The notes beneath the pieces are model-generated. The model did not search any database, had not been told where the DNA came from, and worked only from the letters and a program-made list of their open reading frames with translations. A stretch of DNA of 64,000 nucleotides. Source: Haliotis rubra. Taxonomy: Eukaryota. The translations under genes and the position numbers were made by a program. Of the stretch, positions 1 through 13,205 are shown in pieces (position 1 is the stretch's first letter; each line of letters begins with the position of its first letter). Location of the stretch: NCBI RefSeq assembly GCF_003918875.1, contig NW_025765333.1, positions 62,001-126,000 on the forward strand. The letters run 5' to 3'.

Positions 1-389
1 GTTGCAGTATTCTCCTGTCCAAGTGTTCTGACATCCAAGGATACCCTGTCCGGTTTCTTTGTTACAGACTTGATCCTTGCAGTGTACACCAGTCAATCCT
101 CCGTCACAGTTTTCAGAACAAGCATATGTATAACGATCACAGATAGCAGGGGTCGTTGTGATGCTCCAACATCGTCTCGGACAGGATATATCACAGTCTC
201 GTCCATGATATCCTGGCTTGCATGTGAAACATTCCCCAGTGACTCTGTTACACCCATCTGTGTGACAGTTGTCATTACATGGGATGATGCAGTTTGCTCC
301 ATAGCAACCAACGTCGCATGACTGGCATCTTAGTCCACCGTTTCCATGTCGACATCCATCAGCTAAGCACGATGAGGAAGTGGCCCCAA
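1..389 (-). CDS. EGF-repeat surface protein, copy 1: 5' part of exon 2, continuing beyond the window start. Exon 1 not found, so possibly a pseudogene.
   Basis: Acceptor TTTCAG at 390-395. Open frame (V)GATSSSCLADGCRHGNGGLRCQSCDVGCYGANC...TWTGEYCN, homologous to copies 2-4. One conserved Cys is replaced by Gly (GQGILGC vs GQCILGC). Confidence 0.75.
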
Positions 390-791
390 CTGAAATGTGT
401 CATATTATATATGTGTTATAATGCATTACCAAACGTATAGAGAGTTTTATAACTCTGCGTATTTTAATATACCGACCCATTCTATCAATTGGAACTGTCG
501 TAAGGACCACTTAACTAGTATGTCAATCATAAGGCCGGGTACACTCTGCGGATGTGTCAGAGAAACCTCAAACGCTGCCAGGGACTTGTAACAATAATAG
601 ATATACCAAACACCAAGGTTGATCTCAGCACTGTGCACACGGGAAAGGTATGTAACAATGAATATACCCCCATAACACTATACACTCGTTTGAATAAGAA
701 AGACTTTTTCCAGTTTAATTTGTTTCCTATAATTGTATTTAATGCAAGTTAATTTATGGGACGTAATACAGATTTTCTGTTCATATATATA

Positions 792-2298
792 TACTCTCCC
801 CCCCAAAAAACGAATCATGAAAATAGCAATTTCATGTAGCAATGACTTAAAACGTGATTCATTTGACAAAAGGTTTTGCTCTGTTTATGAGTCCTATGGT
901 GTTTATGTTTTGAAACATCACAATAAAACGCACCATCCGTAAAATACCCGTATTTAACAGCATGATTTTCAATTTCGGCGTGTAGTGTCACAGTATACAC
1001 AATTCACATGCAATGCATGTGAAAGTTGGGGATCCGATAGTCTCAATGATGGGTGTAAAAGGTTGATCGCTGTCTGTGGATTATTCACTGTATTTGGAAT
1101 ATTGTTGACGAACGCAAAATGCCACGTCTAAGTGAAGCCAACCGTCATATCGCCATTGGTTTGCTTGAAGCTGGCCAGTCTCAACGTGCAGTTGCCCGAC
1201 GCATGAATGTTCACCAAAGCACCATTTCACGGCTCTGGGAGAGATATCGGCGGCAGAATGCGGTAGCAGATGCCCCTCGTAGTGGGCGACCTCGAGCGAC
1301 CACTGCGGCGCAGGATCGCTACATCCGGGTACATCACCTGCGTCATCGAACAGTTACGGCGACCAGTACCGCCCGACAAATACCCGGATTGAGGAGGCTT
1401 TCTGCACAGACCGTCAGGAACAGGTTGAGAGAGGCTGGTTTACGTGCCAGAAGACCTTATTTTGGCCCTGTGCTTCGACAACAACATCGAGTTCAATGGT
1501 GCACCAACGTTCAGGCCTGGAACCTACCGAATAGTCGTACAATCTGTTTCAGTGATGAATCACGATTTCTATTGGAACGACGCGATGGAAGAATGCGGGT
1601 GTACAGACGTCGACGTGAACGTTTCGTCGGCGCTTGCGTTCCCCAGGTGGACAGATTCGGCCGGGACAGTGTTATGATGTGGGGAGGTGATCACCTGCCG
1701 TAGGAGAAGTGATTTGATGATGATCCAGGGCAACCTGACAGCTCAACGGTACTGTGACGAAAACCTACGCCCACACCTCCTTCCAATCATTGATCGCCAG
1801 AGGGAGTTGTTTCGACAGGACAATGCCAGGCCCCACACAGCACGTCACACTAGAGACTTCCTCCAGAACCACAACATCAATGTGCTCCCCTGGCCCTCAA
1901 GATCACCGGACTAAAACCCGATCGAACATCTGTGGGATGCCCTGGACAGACGGGTGCGACGCCTTAACCCTCAGCCCCAGACACTTCAGCAACTCGCACA
2001 GGCACTACAGGCAGAGTGCGCTGCGATTCGTTCGACATATTCGTTCGATGCCGAGGGGATGCCGTTCAGTTCTGGATGCCCACGGTGGCCACACGAGGTA
2101 TTGACTTCAGCTCCACCTCACGTCTCTATGTGAAACTCAAACTGACTTTCCTCGAGTACGTGCCAAAGACGGATAAGTCTGTATTCCCAGTGTGCACTTT
2201 CGCTATATTTCATTGACTCATAAAGCCTACAAGATGTTTCAAAATAAACATAAAAATACAGTTGAAATTCCTATATGCGTTTCTTTTTTGGGAGAGTA
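792..2298 (+). mobile_element. Tc1-family (DD34E) DNA transposon, frameshifted transposase
   Basis: TIRs TACTCTCCC..AAAAAA / TTTTTTGGGAGAGTA in TA context. ORF pieces 1119-2104 carry a paired-like HTH, RSGRP, FSDESRF, QDNARPH and WPSRSPD. Confidence 0.95.
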
Positions 2299-2718
2299 TA
2301 TGTTTTTAGATAGTTCTCAAACGTGAAGCTTATATTGTGTAATTACTGATGCTTATCGACCTTTGATGTAAGCTACTTAAATACTTAAATATGAACTTAG
2401 ACTGTTGTGTATCGTCATTGTGGTAAAGATATGGCCGAGACTAGTTATTATGAGTGTGTTCCTGTTATGAGAAACCGATGGATTTCGTCCCAATATATGA
2501 TAATGTTCCTCACTTTTGATAATAGATAAATACAAATATCCTATATTGTTCCAAGTGTATACTCAGTGCCCAAAATTATTCATTTACTCATAGTTACCTT
2601 TCACAGATCACAGAGCTTTTATTTCTAAAATACAAACAAATGGGACAGAGACAGGAACTGTTGGTTATATATTCAAGAGCCCACTCTCCTTTAGACAACC
2701 GCAGTAAAAATCAGACAT

Positions 2719-2919
2719 CGCCAATGGAGAAGGTTCCGCCTCCACGATAAACAGCCAGGACACGTGCAATCAAATCCAAACACTTTATTGTCGAAGCCAA
2801 GGCGACACACAGACAGACCGAAGAACCGAACATAAAACTGGGAAAGCGAGTTTATGTTTAAGGGAGATAACTCTAAGAGTCATTGTGTTAACTCGCTAAT
2901 AACTAACTGCCAACTGGCG
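2719..2919 (-). repeat. 3' LTR (201 bp)
   Basis: Identical by eye to 8262-8462. Ends CGCCA...TGGCG; AATAAA on the minus strand. Confidence 0.95.
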
Positions 2920-3250
2920 TAACTTCTCCTTCTTTCGTCTTATAAAAAAATTATGGATGGGATCCACACATGTTTGCATATGAAAGGGGAATACCAAATA
3001 CAACGGGCCTATGTGGTAGAATATGATCACTAAAGTTAATAACAGTAAACAAATGGTAAATTGTCGTTTAGACTCTTTGGAACAAATATGTCCTGTAGAG
3101 GTGGATTATAACACTGACAAACTGAAAAGGAAATGAGAGACCATCACTGAGTAGACTGCCCTCCAGTCTCGGGGATTATTCTGCCCCATCACATACAAGC
3201 AACTGATATATGTAACACAGTATCACCAGAGGATGCTCACACACATTACT

Positions 3251-6200
3251 CTAGTAAAGGATATAGTCTGAGAGGTGGCATGGCATCTGACGATTGCGAC
3301 TGGACCGACGCAACTTTGGAGACATAGAAGGTTCTGATTGATCGATAGGGGAGTCTGTTGAAGTATCTTCTGGATAGTCAGTGTTACCAGTAGTGCGATA
3401 CGGGTATGAATTCATGTCAGCATAATAGGGGTCAGCTCTCTCTGCAGGTGTAGGGGGCTCCATGATGACATCTGGTATAGGAGGAGGTTGAGGAGGAGGA
3501 GGTAGAGACTTTGGGAATCTGTCATGTTCATCTCCCACTGGCAGATATTGAAGATCAGCCGACAAAGTGGATGCTTGTTGCAGTGAAGGTTTTGTAACAG
3601 AGTAACACTCCGACTTTTTCACTCTATAGGAAGTGTTTCGAAGTTGTGATCCGGTGAATTTACGAACGTTGCACCAGTCATTGTCAACTGCTGTGACAAT
3701 GTAACGATCACAGGCACGGGACTTGGAGCCATCGCTGTGAATGTAGACTATGCTTCCTACATCAATGTCAGGTGTCAGACCCTGCTTGAGGGTGGGAGTC
3801 TTAGACTTCTCACTTGATAAATGATTGGACACACGTTGGCCATGTTGACTAGAATTAGATCCATGTCATGTATAGGCAACTGAGAGTTTGTGTGCTGGTC
3901 GCGTTGTGTCCACATTTCCCTGGCGGAGAAACCTCTGGTTCTGATCCGTGAGTTCAGACGTGCAGTGGCAAGAGAAAGGTTGAGGGCGAGACGTAACTGC
4001 ACTGAGGGTCTTGACGCAGTAACTCAGTTATGAGTTCTTGAACAGCTCTTTCTGCAACTGGGTTCTTATTCTTGTTCTTGACTCGACCGATTTCAATAAC
4101 TACACCATTTTGTTTCATAAACCTGTCATTAACAAGGGCTACAAAACCGGGAGCTGGATCAGTTCGAATGACAGCAGGCGGTCCATCCATTGGGTGAACT
4201 TCACTGCACAAAGCAATAATTGAGCTGCGGAGTGTGTCGTGACGCTCGTCATCGAGTAGACAGGACAGTGTAAGAGATGTGACACATTCCCGGACTACAA
4301 GTATGAATTGCCGGTTGCGGCGAACAACGTCCGCTGCGAAACTGATTCCAATAGTATCAGGCGGGTCTCCAGTGGACTGTTGGATCACTGTATGTGGTAA
4401 ACTGCGAAGTGATTGACATCTATGGCAACTGGCAGTGGTGTCTTCAATAGTCTTGTCAAGATCCAAGGCATAGAAGTAGCGCTGTATGACCTGTTTCATC
4501 TGGTGATTGGTCGGATGATTGAGTTGAATGTGCAGGGCAGTCAGTAATCCGCTGACAATTTCACGCGGTACAATGATCCGTTCTCTGTTAGGCGTGAAAG
4601 GCTCCTCCTTGACAACAACAAGTAAGCCGTCCCGCGCAATGGAAGCGACCTGTAGGTAACGTTTAACGGCCCTGATGTTAGTCAACTTCTTGGACGGACG
4701 TGTACCTTGAGTGAGATGGGCATGTGTGCGTCGAAGATCACTGCACTCTGACTGGATGGATTTCCAGGCAGCTCTGCTTGTGAATGGTAATCTTGACTCT
4801 CCAGTGATAAAGTCCTGAATGGAAGTGATACGGACAACCGAATCTTCCGTACGAGCCACGAAAGAGCAAATTTGACAAGTAGGTTCATGGCAATCTGGTG
4901 CATTTCTGCTCGCAAAATCCGAAGGCAGGTTTGCGGCACCTGCAAGGTGACGAATAGATGCTTGATGGTGGCTCACAATGGAGAGGAATGTGTACACTCG
5001 TGGACTGGCAGAAAATTCTCCCCTGCACAATTTCTCAAAGGCTTGCACACAAGGCTTACTGTCAGTGAGAACACAAGTCTTATGCTTTGACTGGATCATG
5101 TAAGGGCTGAAGTGTTTGACAGCTAAAGCGATGGAAAGTGCTTCTATTTCACATGGTAACCACTTCACTTGATGACCTCGGAGCTTGGAGCTGAAGAAAC
5201 TAGCAAGGAGAGGCTTGTTGTTTCGAGTAACATAGAGGGTAGCACCAACACCCTGTCTCTTAACTGAACCATCGGTGACAACCCATAACTGGTCACCAGT
5301 ACGTGGAAGAGTGAGTACACGACAAGTTGAGAGAGCCCTCTGAGAATCCCTGAACAGTTGGATGAGATCTTCAGTCCAATGTATTCGATCAGTTGACTGC
5401 TTTCCGGCAATAGCATCATCAAGGGGTGCCAGGATAGATGAACAGTTGGGAATAACTCGTGCCAGCACTTTGTATGTCCCTACATAGGACCGGAGTCCTT
5501 TCACTTTCTCAGGAGGAGCACAAGCAGACAATGTAGAGATCCGGTGAGGGCTTGCAGAGATCGTACCGTTTCTCCAGATCCAACCGAGGATGGTTGTGGA
5601 TGTGGGTGCAATAATGGTCTTCGATGCAGAGAGATTGAGACTGTTCTTGTGAAGAGTCTCCAGTAGACGTTTCCAGTTGCTGTATAGATCATCAAGCGAA
5701 TTACCACCACAATACAGGTCATCAGCAAGTTTTACTACCACCCCTTCTTCAAGTAGGTCGCCAAGTACACGGCACATCAACTCCTCCAACGCAGTCTCGG
5801 ATCCAGGCATGCCCATTGCAGATCTTGCATACATTCGTACACCTCTGAAAGGGGTTGCTACACCACAGAACTTCATGGAGTCACGAGCTAAAGGTATCTG
5901 GTAGAAGGCATTGGTGAGATCCGTGGAAATGAGGAATCGCCACTGAGCAATCTGTCGTAGAGTGGAATCAACATCCGGGAGAAGTGATGGTTGGGGCTTT
6001 GAATATCGTCCGACATCTGCGAAAGCTGTAACTAAGCGAAAGCCGCCCTGAGGTTTCTTCACAAGAAAGGATGGGTTAAGGTACTCAGCAGTTACCCCAA
6101 CATCTTCGGGTCGAACAAACACTCCTTTAGCTTCAAGATCGTTGAACTTGGCTTGCAACTCTTCAAGTTTATCTCTGGCATACTGGGGTACTCTACCTTT

Positions 6201-7085
6201 CCTTTGAGGAGGCAACACAGGGCCCATGTTGACTGCAGCATATACAGGACCAGAAGCTCCATTATAACCTTTGAAGTTGGGATCAAAGACATCGTCATAC
6301 TCATCAAGTAAGGTTCTGAACTTCTGCAGCGTATCTGGGGGTAGGGCATGATCCGGATCCAACTTAACAGCTTGAGAGAAACCACTTTGCTGCTTCTTCT
6401 GGAGCGACACATTTTGGCTAGTGATGACAGAGTCTGTGGGTTGTACTTTGTCGGGGGCATCTACGACATGTCTCACCTGGCAGAAGTGTGCATGTTTCAA
6501 TGACAAAGGCTCATCCGTCAGGTTCGGGATGCGTATCCGTCCGCAGACACTGGGAACGATGTCAACCTCTGGCCAGTTTTGTTTCCCGATGGGAGAGTTT
6601 TCAACCCTAGGTTCCAGGGCGAGATGGTCATCATGTGTAGTGAACTCCGGTGGAACTTCCAGCTCGATGTAGTCTCCTGGCCAAATAGTGGTGGGACTGT
6701 GCGCAGCTCTGAGGACTTGAGCGCGTCTAACGGTGTGTTGATCAAGCTTTGACTCCTTCCCTGAATGGCTGTAATCTACGATGACACGTTCACCTCGAAA
6801 GATTTGTCGCCTAGCGGGTCTGGCATAAACATCATTCAATTCCATAAAGGGAATGCCTGCTAAAATGTCGACATCCAAATCCTCAACAACAAGACCCTCG
6901 AATGTGAATTCTTCCTGGCCACGAACGAAGACAGCACTAACTTCCCCCACAACTCTGAGGGGCGAAACACCATCTGCTTGCCTGGCTGACTGGGTGCTAA
7001 TCTTGACGTCAAGATCCAAGTTCTTTGCCACAGATAACTTCACCATGTTCCCGGTGGCACCACTGTCCAAGGTAATGCGTGCCAA
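3251..7085 (-). CDS. pol: Retrotransposon Pol (protease, reverse transcriptase, RNase H, integrase); frameshifts near 3960 and 3835
   Basis: 1043-aa ORF 3954-7085: LDSGAT (PR); DLTNAFYQIPL, MGMPGS, LADD (RT); VVTDGS, EIEAL, LTDSKP (RH); H-x4-H...CHRC, FAAD, RTD, VAERAV (INT). The C-terminal piece 3251-3832 ends RRSSRNRQMPCHLSDY. Confidence 0.9.
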
Positions 7086-8141
7086 GTGATGTTGGTAAAG
7101 GTATTGAGGCAGGGGACTGAGATACTTGGACTCTCATCACACCGACTGGTTCCTCATATTCTTTAACGTCGCAGTCATCATCAGGGGTTTGGTCATGACT
7201 ATCGTGGGAATCGTCCTCAAGGGCAAGTACGATCTGTCGAGCCTTAGCTAGATAACGTTTATCACTAGCCGGAAGGTAACTGCACTCACTCAGAAAATGG
7301 CGATCAGGTCTGTCAGCCAACTTGCACAAAGGACAAGACTTGTCAGTTTTCTTGTGGGAAACGGCTTGGCGAGAGAGTGTTGCCGTTTGTCCTGAGTAGG
7401 GAATGACGTTGCAGTTCTCATAACTTTCATGTCCTGATTAGTCATAATTTCATCTTGAAGGGAGGACATAGCTTGAGAGATTTCAGGCTTTATGGATGCA
7501 AGGGTACGAGAACGTAGTTCAGTGCCATAGCGTTGCTTAACCAATTTGGGTAAGTCCTTATGTATGAGGCTAAGCCACGTGAGCACAATAAAGTTCTCAA
7601 GAGATGGGGATAATTCTTCATCCTCAATGATTTCTTCTCCATGGTGTGTGATATTACCCCAGTCTTCATCAAGTTATCTTCAACGAAGGCAACCAGACGC
7701 TGGTAAAGGTCTTCAGGACGCTCATCTGGTAACAAAGAAATGTTGGCAAAGTCAGAAAATGTGATCCAGTTGACTGAAATCCGTAATGTAAACGTATTTC
7801 CTGCCAAATGTTGCTGAGAGAGGTTGACTTCTTGACAATGGTGCTTCTAGCAATAACAGGGCAATAATTGGCGATCTGGCCAAGCATAAGTTCAAGCATT
7901 GTCACTTTCTGTTCAGAAGTACGACGAATGGCTATATCAACATCATCGCCATCGTTTACAAAACCACGTCGAGGGTTATCACGAGTTTTCTTCGTCCAGG
8001 TCACACCATCCACCAAAAGTGTGCAAAATTCTGGTCTAGTGACAGAGTGTAATGGAGATTTTGTTTCCAGTTCTCAAAGGAATTAACTGTCTCAGATTTT
8101 GTAAGACACCATTGCTTCGGGGCTCTATGTGTATGCGCCAT
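7086..8141 (-). CDS. gag: Retrotransposon Gag, broken by several frameshifts
   Basis: ATG at 8141 ([18 protein letters not shown]...). Successive ORF fragments 7669-8016, 7490-7807, 7290-7586, 7009-7329. Zinc knuckle [18 protein letters not shown]. Confidence 0.75.
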
Positions 8142-8261
8142 TTTGGACAGTTACAACGATCACACGTGCTATCAACCAATATGCTGACTGACTGACCGTT
8201 TACGTTTTTAGTAGTTACCGGGAAGCGTAGGTCATGTAGTTAATCCATATCGCTGCCACCA

Positions 8262-8462
8262 CGCCAATGGAGAAGGTTCCGCCTCCACGATAAACAGCCA
8301 GGACACGTGCAATCAAATCCAAACACTTTATTGTCGAAGCCAAGGCGACACACAGACAGACCGAAGAACCGAACATAAAACTGGGAAAGCGAGTTTATGT
8401 TTAAGGGAGATAACTCTAAGAGTCATTGTGTTAACTCGCTAATAACTAACTGCCAACTGGCG
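8262..8462 (-). repeat. 5' LTR (201 bp)
   Basis: Identical to 2719-2919 and followed directly by the PBS. Confidence 0.95.
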
Positions 8463-8942
8463 AGAAAGTGAACACCCTTATTAATGATCGATAAAATCAA
8501 AGCAAAACATACAGTGTTTTTAAGTGATAGTACATTTAATGAAGCCAGCATGTGGGATAATGCACCCACAGTGTGTATGATAAACTTACAGATAAAGAGC
8601 ACGTGTCATGTAATAGACACTGGGGTAGGAAAAGCACAGTTCACAGATACAACAAGAGCCAATCATGGAATGACGTCATCATGTCAAGTCTCTGGTCACG
8701 CATAAACATCCTTAGTAACGAGTGTGACTACCTCTAACAGCAATGCACGCCCGACTCGCCGTGTCATCGATGTCGTCAGCCGCCGAATGACGTCATTCGG
8801 AATCCTATTCCACTTGTTCCCGAGAGCGTCTTCAAGTTTTTGTCGGTTTGCTGGGTGCCGTAGTCGTCTTCTCACAACTTTGGACAACTGTGCCAAAAAT
8901 TCAAAATAAAAAGTGTTTACTTTCTTTTGCCCATGAGTTTAT
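8463..8942 (-). mobile_element. Internally deleted Tc1-like element, left TIR cut by the LTR element
   Basis: Transposase C-terminal remnant (WNRIPNDVIRRLTTSMTRR). Homologous to 20577-21109, which retains both TIRs. Confidence 0.75.
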
Positions 8943-9466
8943 ATTCTAATAATCTGAATTGCTCATTGATGTTCGTACTCTACCAGAAAGTTGACGAACT
9001 ATCAGGCTATTACACATCACTAGAGTGCATTGTCGCCCACGATCACCGGAAGCACATTGACTGAGCTTACTGAGCTGCATCCCATGAGTGACGGAATCCC
9101 ATGATCACTGGTTGAAACATTCGCACTGTCCTCTTTCAAAATCCGAAATTCAAATCAGAAACAGAAAATTAAGATAAAAAAACCTGAATGACAAGAGTTT
9201 TTCATAGATCACATTTATATTGAAGGTAATCCAAGGGTTCATTGTGTGACTAAAACAGATTTCGGTCCAAAGATAAGTCGGGCACAATGGGTACAATGTG
9301 TGAAGCCCATTTCTGGTGTTCCCAGCCGTGATATTGCTGGAATATTGCTAAAAGTGGCGTAAAACCATACTGACTGACTCACTCACTACATCAGTGCTGT
9401 TCTTGTAAATGCTGTTCAGGGTAAATGTATACAGTATGGAATGTGTCTCATTTTTTTCAAACCCCT

Positions 9467-9620
9467 AAGGGAGGTGGGATAGTCTAGTGGTTACAACGTT
9501 TGCTCATCACACTGAGGACCCGTGTTCGATTCCCCACATGGGTACAATGTGTGAAGCCTATTTCTGGTGTCCCCGACCGTGATACTGATGGAAAATTGCT
9601 AAAAGGGGTGTAAAACCTAC
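9467..9620 (+). mobile_element. tRNA-derived SINE (short family; partial copy also at ~9285-9387)
   Basis: A/B boxes (TAGTCTAGTGG, GTTCGATTCC) and the shared core CCCCACATGGGTACAATGTGTGAAGCC. Confidence 0.8.
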
Positions 9621-10274
9621 ACGATCCATTTGTTTAAGATGACGTTATGTATACATATGTCGAACAATATATGTTGACAGCTTTGATATTGCTATTGCCA
9701 TGGAATTGCTGGAATATTGATAAAAGCTGCGTAAAACAATACTCACGTGCACTCACTCTTTCCAATTGTTGAATTGGCTTTGAATCGATTATATCGCCAA
9801 ATAGACATACCTGTAAAGATCCGGGTTAGAATTGGGACTTCACAGATCTTTAATTGTTGTTAAAAATGTGTCGCAATATATTCGGACTTTACTGTAGCGA
9901 GGAATACACGGGGACCCTGCGTCTCACTTATTGTTATTATTTATAGTAAATTATGTGTGTATATATTGTTGTGAGCGTGTAGGACATGTGCCACATTTGA
10001 GGCAGCATATCAAGAGATACAAATTAGAAGTCGTATTGACTGTATGAGAATTTAAATTCTTCATTTAAAATCGGACTAGACCCAGAACACCATAACATAT
10101 CTGTTAAATAGCAAAAGAATCCCATCAACAGCCAGTGTGGACGATATCATATGTAACATGTCATAGTTTGGGAATTACACTTTCCCAGTAAAGTATCCTA
10201 GTACTTTTGTTAGGTTTAGTCAGCTACATCACGGCAGGGGTAAATCGGATTCCAACACTGTGTTAACGTTGAAA

Positions 10275-10428
10275 GTGAGTGAGTATGGTTTTACGCTGCC
10301 TTTGGCAAAATTCCAGCAATATCAAGACGGGGGACACCAAAAATGGGCTTCACACATTGTACTCATGTGGGGAATCGAACGCGAGTCTCCGGCGTGACGT
10401 TTTAACCACTAGGCTACCCCACCGTCCC
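10275..10428 (-). mobile_element. tRNA-derived SINE (short family; paralogous copy ~23310-23465)
   Basis: Reverse complement of the same core with (ACTC)n tail. Confidence 0.8.
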
Positions 10429-11251
10429 GTCAACATTTAAAGCTCCAGACTATCCCAATTTGCGTCCCTAAGAATGAACAATTTCTGGACCGACGAATCT
10501 GAAGTACTTAGCAATATTACTAAATCAGTTCCAACAATATATCCCCCGCAAAGAGGATATACTAGTTTCATTTAATCAACTTATATCCTAAAAGTTATAA
10601 AATATTTAAAAACATAAGCGCTCTTCTTTTCCCTCATATTGACAGATCGGAAAATCCTTTATCTTTAATCAATCATTTATGTTGGACACAATTTAAACAA
10701 GAAAAAACCCGATACGAGTTTTTGATCTTAATCGATTTAGTGATAAAACCATGATACCTGTCTACTTGCCTTGTTTCAATGACAAGTGTACACGGGCTAG
10801 CCGTGTGGCCTCTGTATAGGAACAAAAATAGACATTGCATAGAAGTTCAATATAACTGTAACGCTGATCAGTGTGACCTGCACTTCCTGGTCCATGTGTA
10901 CGTAGGTATCAGTGGTATAGTATCACAGCATTTAGTTTGGTATTCTTGTACAATAAGCGATAAACAGAAATACCATGATCATTTCTTAGAATCGAGTGAA
11001 ATTCTAAATTAAAAGGAAGGAAGGTGCATTTAATAACGTGTTCATTATCGTTTTGTTATCTATTGAAGATCTGTTGTTTCTATTTCCATTATGTAATAAT
11101 AGATTTGATAATATATATTTTGCCTGAACTTGTACCGTTGTATGAAATCAGATAAAAATAAACATTGCATCTGTTTATGTGGGACGGTGGCCTGGAAATA
11201 GACTACTTTGAACGATGTAAATAAATATCGAGGAAATAACTGTTCATTACA

Positions 11252-11521
11252 GGAGACCCGTGAAAATCCGGGGTAGAATAGGTCTTCAGCAACCCATGCT
11301 TGCCACAAAAGGCGACTATGGTTGTCGTAAGAGGCGACTAACGGGATCGGGTGGTCAGGCTCGCTGACTTGGTTGTCTCATGTCATCGTATCCCATTTGT
11401 GCAGATCGATGCTTATGCTGTTGATCACTGGATTCTCTGGTCCAGGATCGATTATTTACAGACCACAGCCATATAGCTTGAATATTGCTGAGTGCGGCTT
11501 AAAACTAAACTCACTCACTCA
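11252..11521 (+). mobile_element. V-domain-type SINE, 5' truncated
   Basis: TGTCGTAAGAGGCGACTAA core and (ACTC)n tail. Other copies at 50605-50832 and 54470-54703. Confidence 0.75.
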
Positions 11522-13080
11522 TTACAGGACTATTTTCTCGAACACCAGTTGTCATCACTGACTCTCAGTGATCCATTCATTTTAACAGCCATTACTCCCT
11601 TTACACCAATCGGAATTGTATTTAGGGAAAGACGAGACTGGGTGTACTTTAATATTGACTTTCTTTTTTATGTACACTCGTTTTATTGTCTAAGGAAAAA
11701 TATAAATTTTTATTCAAGATCATTCTTCAGGCTTAGGTTCTTCCCTTTAAGTTCTATTTTCCCATTTTCATTAGTATATGGGTTGTTATTTGTTCTCACA
11801 GAAATAGATCCGTTTCATAAAAAACACCTTAACATATAGGTGACCGTAATTAGTTTGATTAAGTATTCCACTTTTAAGTTTTCTTCCGTGTTTTAGTTGG
11901 AATATAGTTGACTGGGGTTTTACAAAGCCTTCGCTTACATAAGGATAGGCAAGACTCTGCTTCCAAACTGGTACAGTGTGCACTCTGATATTGACACCAC
12001 CGGATTCGAAACACACACAGTTGCGCTGCAAACAGTATAACACAACAATGTGTGGCGCAGCCCATCAGTTACAACCAATAAGTCCCCAAGAACGGCTCTG
12101 TATCAGGTATTAAGGCTACCCGATCAGTGACAAAGTAACTAAAGCCCCGTGACAAATTGTGTCAGCTCTTACAAGTCTACTAACGTTTGTCCATGTTATA
12201 TTAGTTTACCGAGTGATGTATGGATATAAACATGTGATTTTGTTTTTCTATATTATTGCATTGCTGACAAACATCAGTTAGGTCCAGTGTGACTGTTCCA
12301 TGGACTCCATGTGACTAACCGGGAGAGTGAGTGAGTGAGTGAGCGAGTGAGTGAGTGAGTCAGTGAGCCATCACTGGTGAATGGAGGCTATGTGAGGCTA
12401 AGAGGCCAACTGTGTATTCCCAAGGAATGAAACATATTTCCCAAGAAGTGACATTTCTGTAGAAGTGTGTAGCGGGGCGTGCACATCAATGCAGGCTACA
12501 ACAATGAATGTTTTGAGTTGGGTGTTTCCTTGAATATGACTTGGAATGTAAGACTACTACTGTATATCATATGCAAGTTTTGTTTAACACCAATAAGCCT
12601 CGTTTCGATCTCCAGTAAACTGCGCGCAAGCCCACGTAATGCAGGTGGTAGTGTCACTGCGATATTGTTAATCATGGTTCACAATATAAACCACTAGTAT
12701 GACTGTTCCAGACTTGATTATATACAAGTCTATGTCATGTATGAAAATTATTCAGATGCTTATACATGTGTGGGTATATACTAGGTTTACATATGACCAT
12801 ATTCAACAAGTACATATAGTGATATAATTGGTCTAAGGTACCCTGCATGTCTACAGTTATTAAAACTGTTATTTTGCGGTCTTCTTCATAAACCACACAA
12901 CAGTTTCGGTTTTCCGCCAACAAGCTCCATCTATTACAACCGGTCATCTAATACAAAACACATACTAATAAGCGGAACCCAATATTCCGCATATCACAAT
13001 ATGCGACACGACAACCACGCCAAGAAATGAATGGACATTCTTATTGAAGGAAGATCTGTCTATTTAAAGATACATGTATA

Positions 13081-13205
13081 TATGTTACAGTCAATGTGTA
13101 AAATCAGTTAATTTGTAAATTGCCTGATTCACTCAGCAAATTTGTAAATTTGAACATTTCAGGCAATTTACAAATTGACTGATTTTACACATTGACTGTA
13201 ACATA
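13081..13205. repeat. Inverted repeat / hairpin (probable MITE remnant)
   Basis: ~47-bp arms TATGTTACAGTCAATGTGTAAAATCAGT...ACTGATTTTACACATTGACTGTAACATA. Collapsed version at 24904-24973. Confidence 0.7.

Larger units (their letters stand above)
2719..8462 (-). mobile_element. Full-length Ty3/Gypsy-order LTR retrotransposon (gag-PR-RT-RH-INT)
   Basis: Two identical 201-bp LTRs. PBS TGGTGGCAGCG (8251-8261) abuts the 5' LTR and matches the tRNA-Leu 3' end. A polypurine tract at 2920-2940 abuts the 3' LTR. Domain order PR-RT-RH-INT. Confidence 0.95.

Noticed and set aside
3251-3832. Possible env-like third ORF in the LTR element
   Set aside because: No signal peptide or TM helix; it reads as the frameshifted integrase C-terminal tail.
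12479-12947. Small ORFs recurring at 24283-24770 (and 13288-13509 / 25061-25282)
   Set aside because: Recurrence is explained by recent segmental duplication; no recognisable domain or consistent splice structure.
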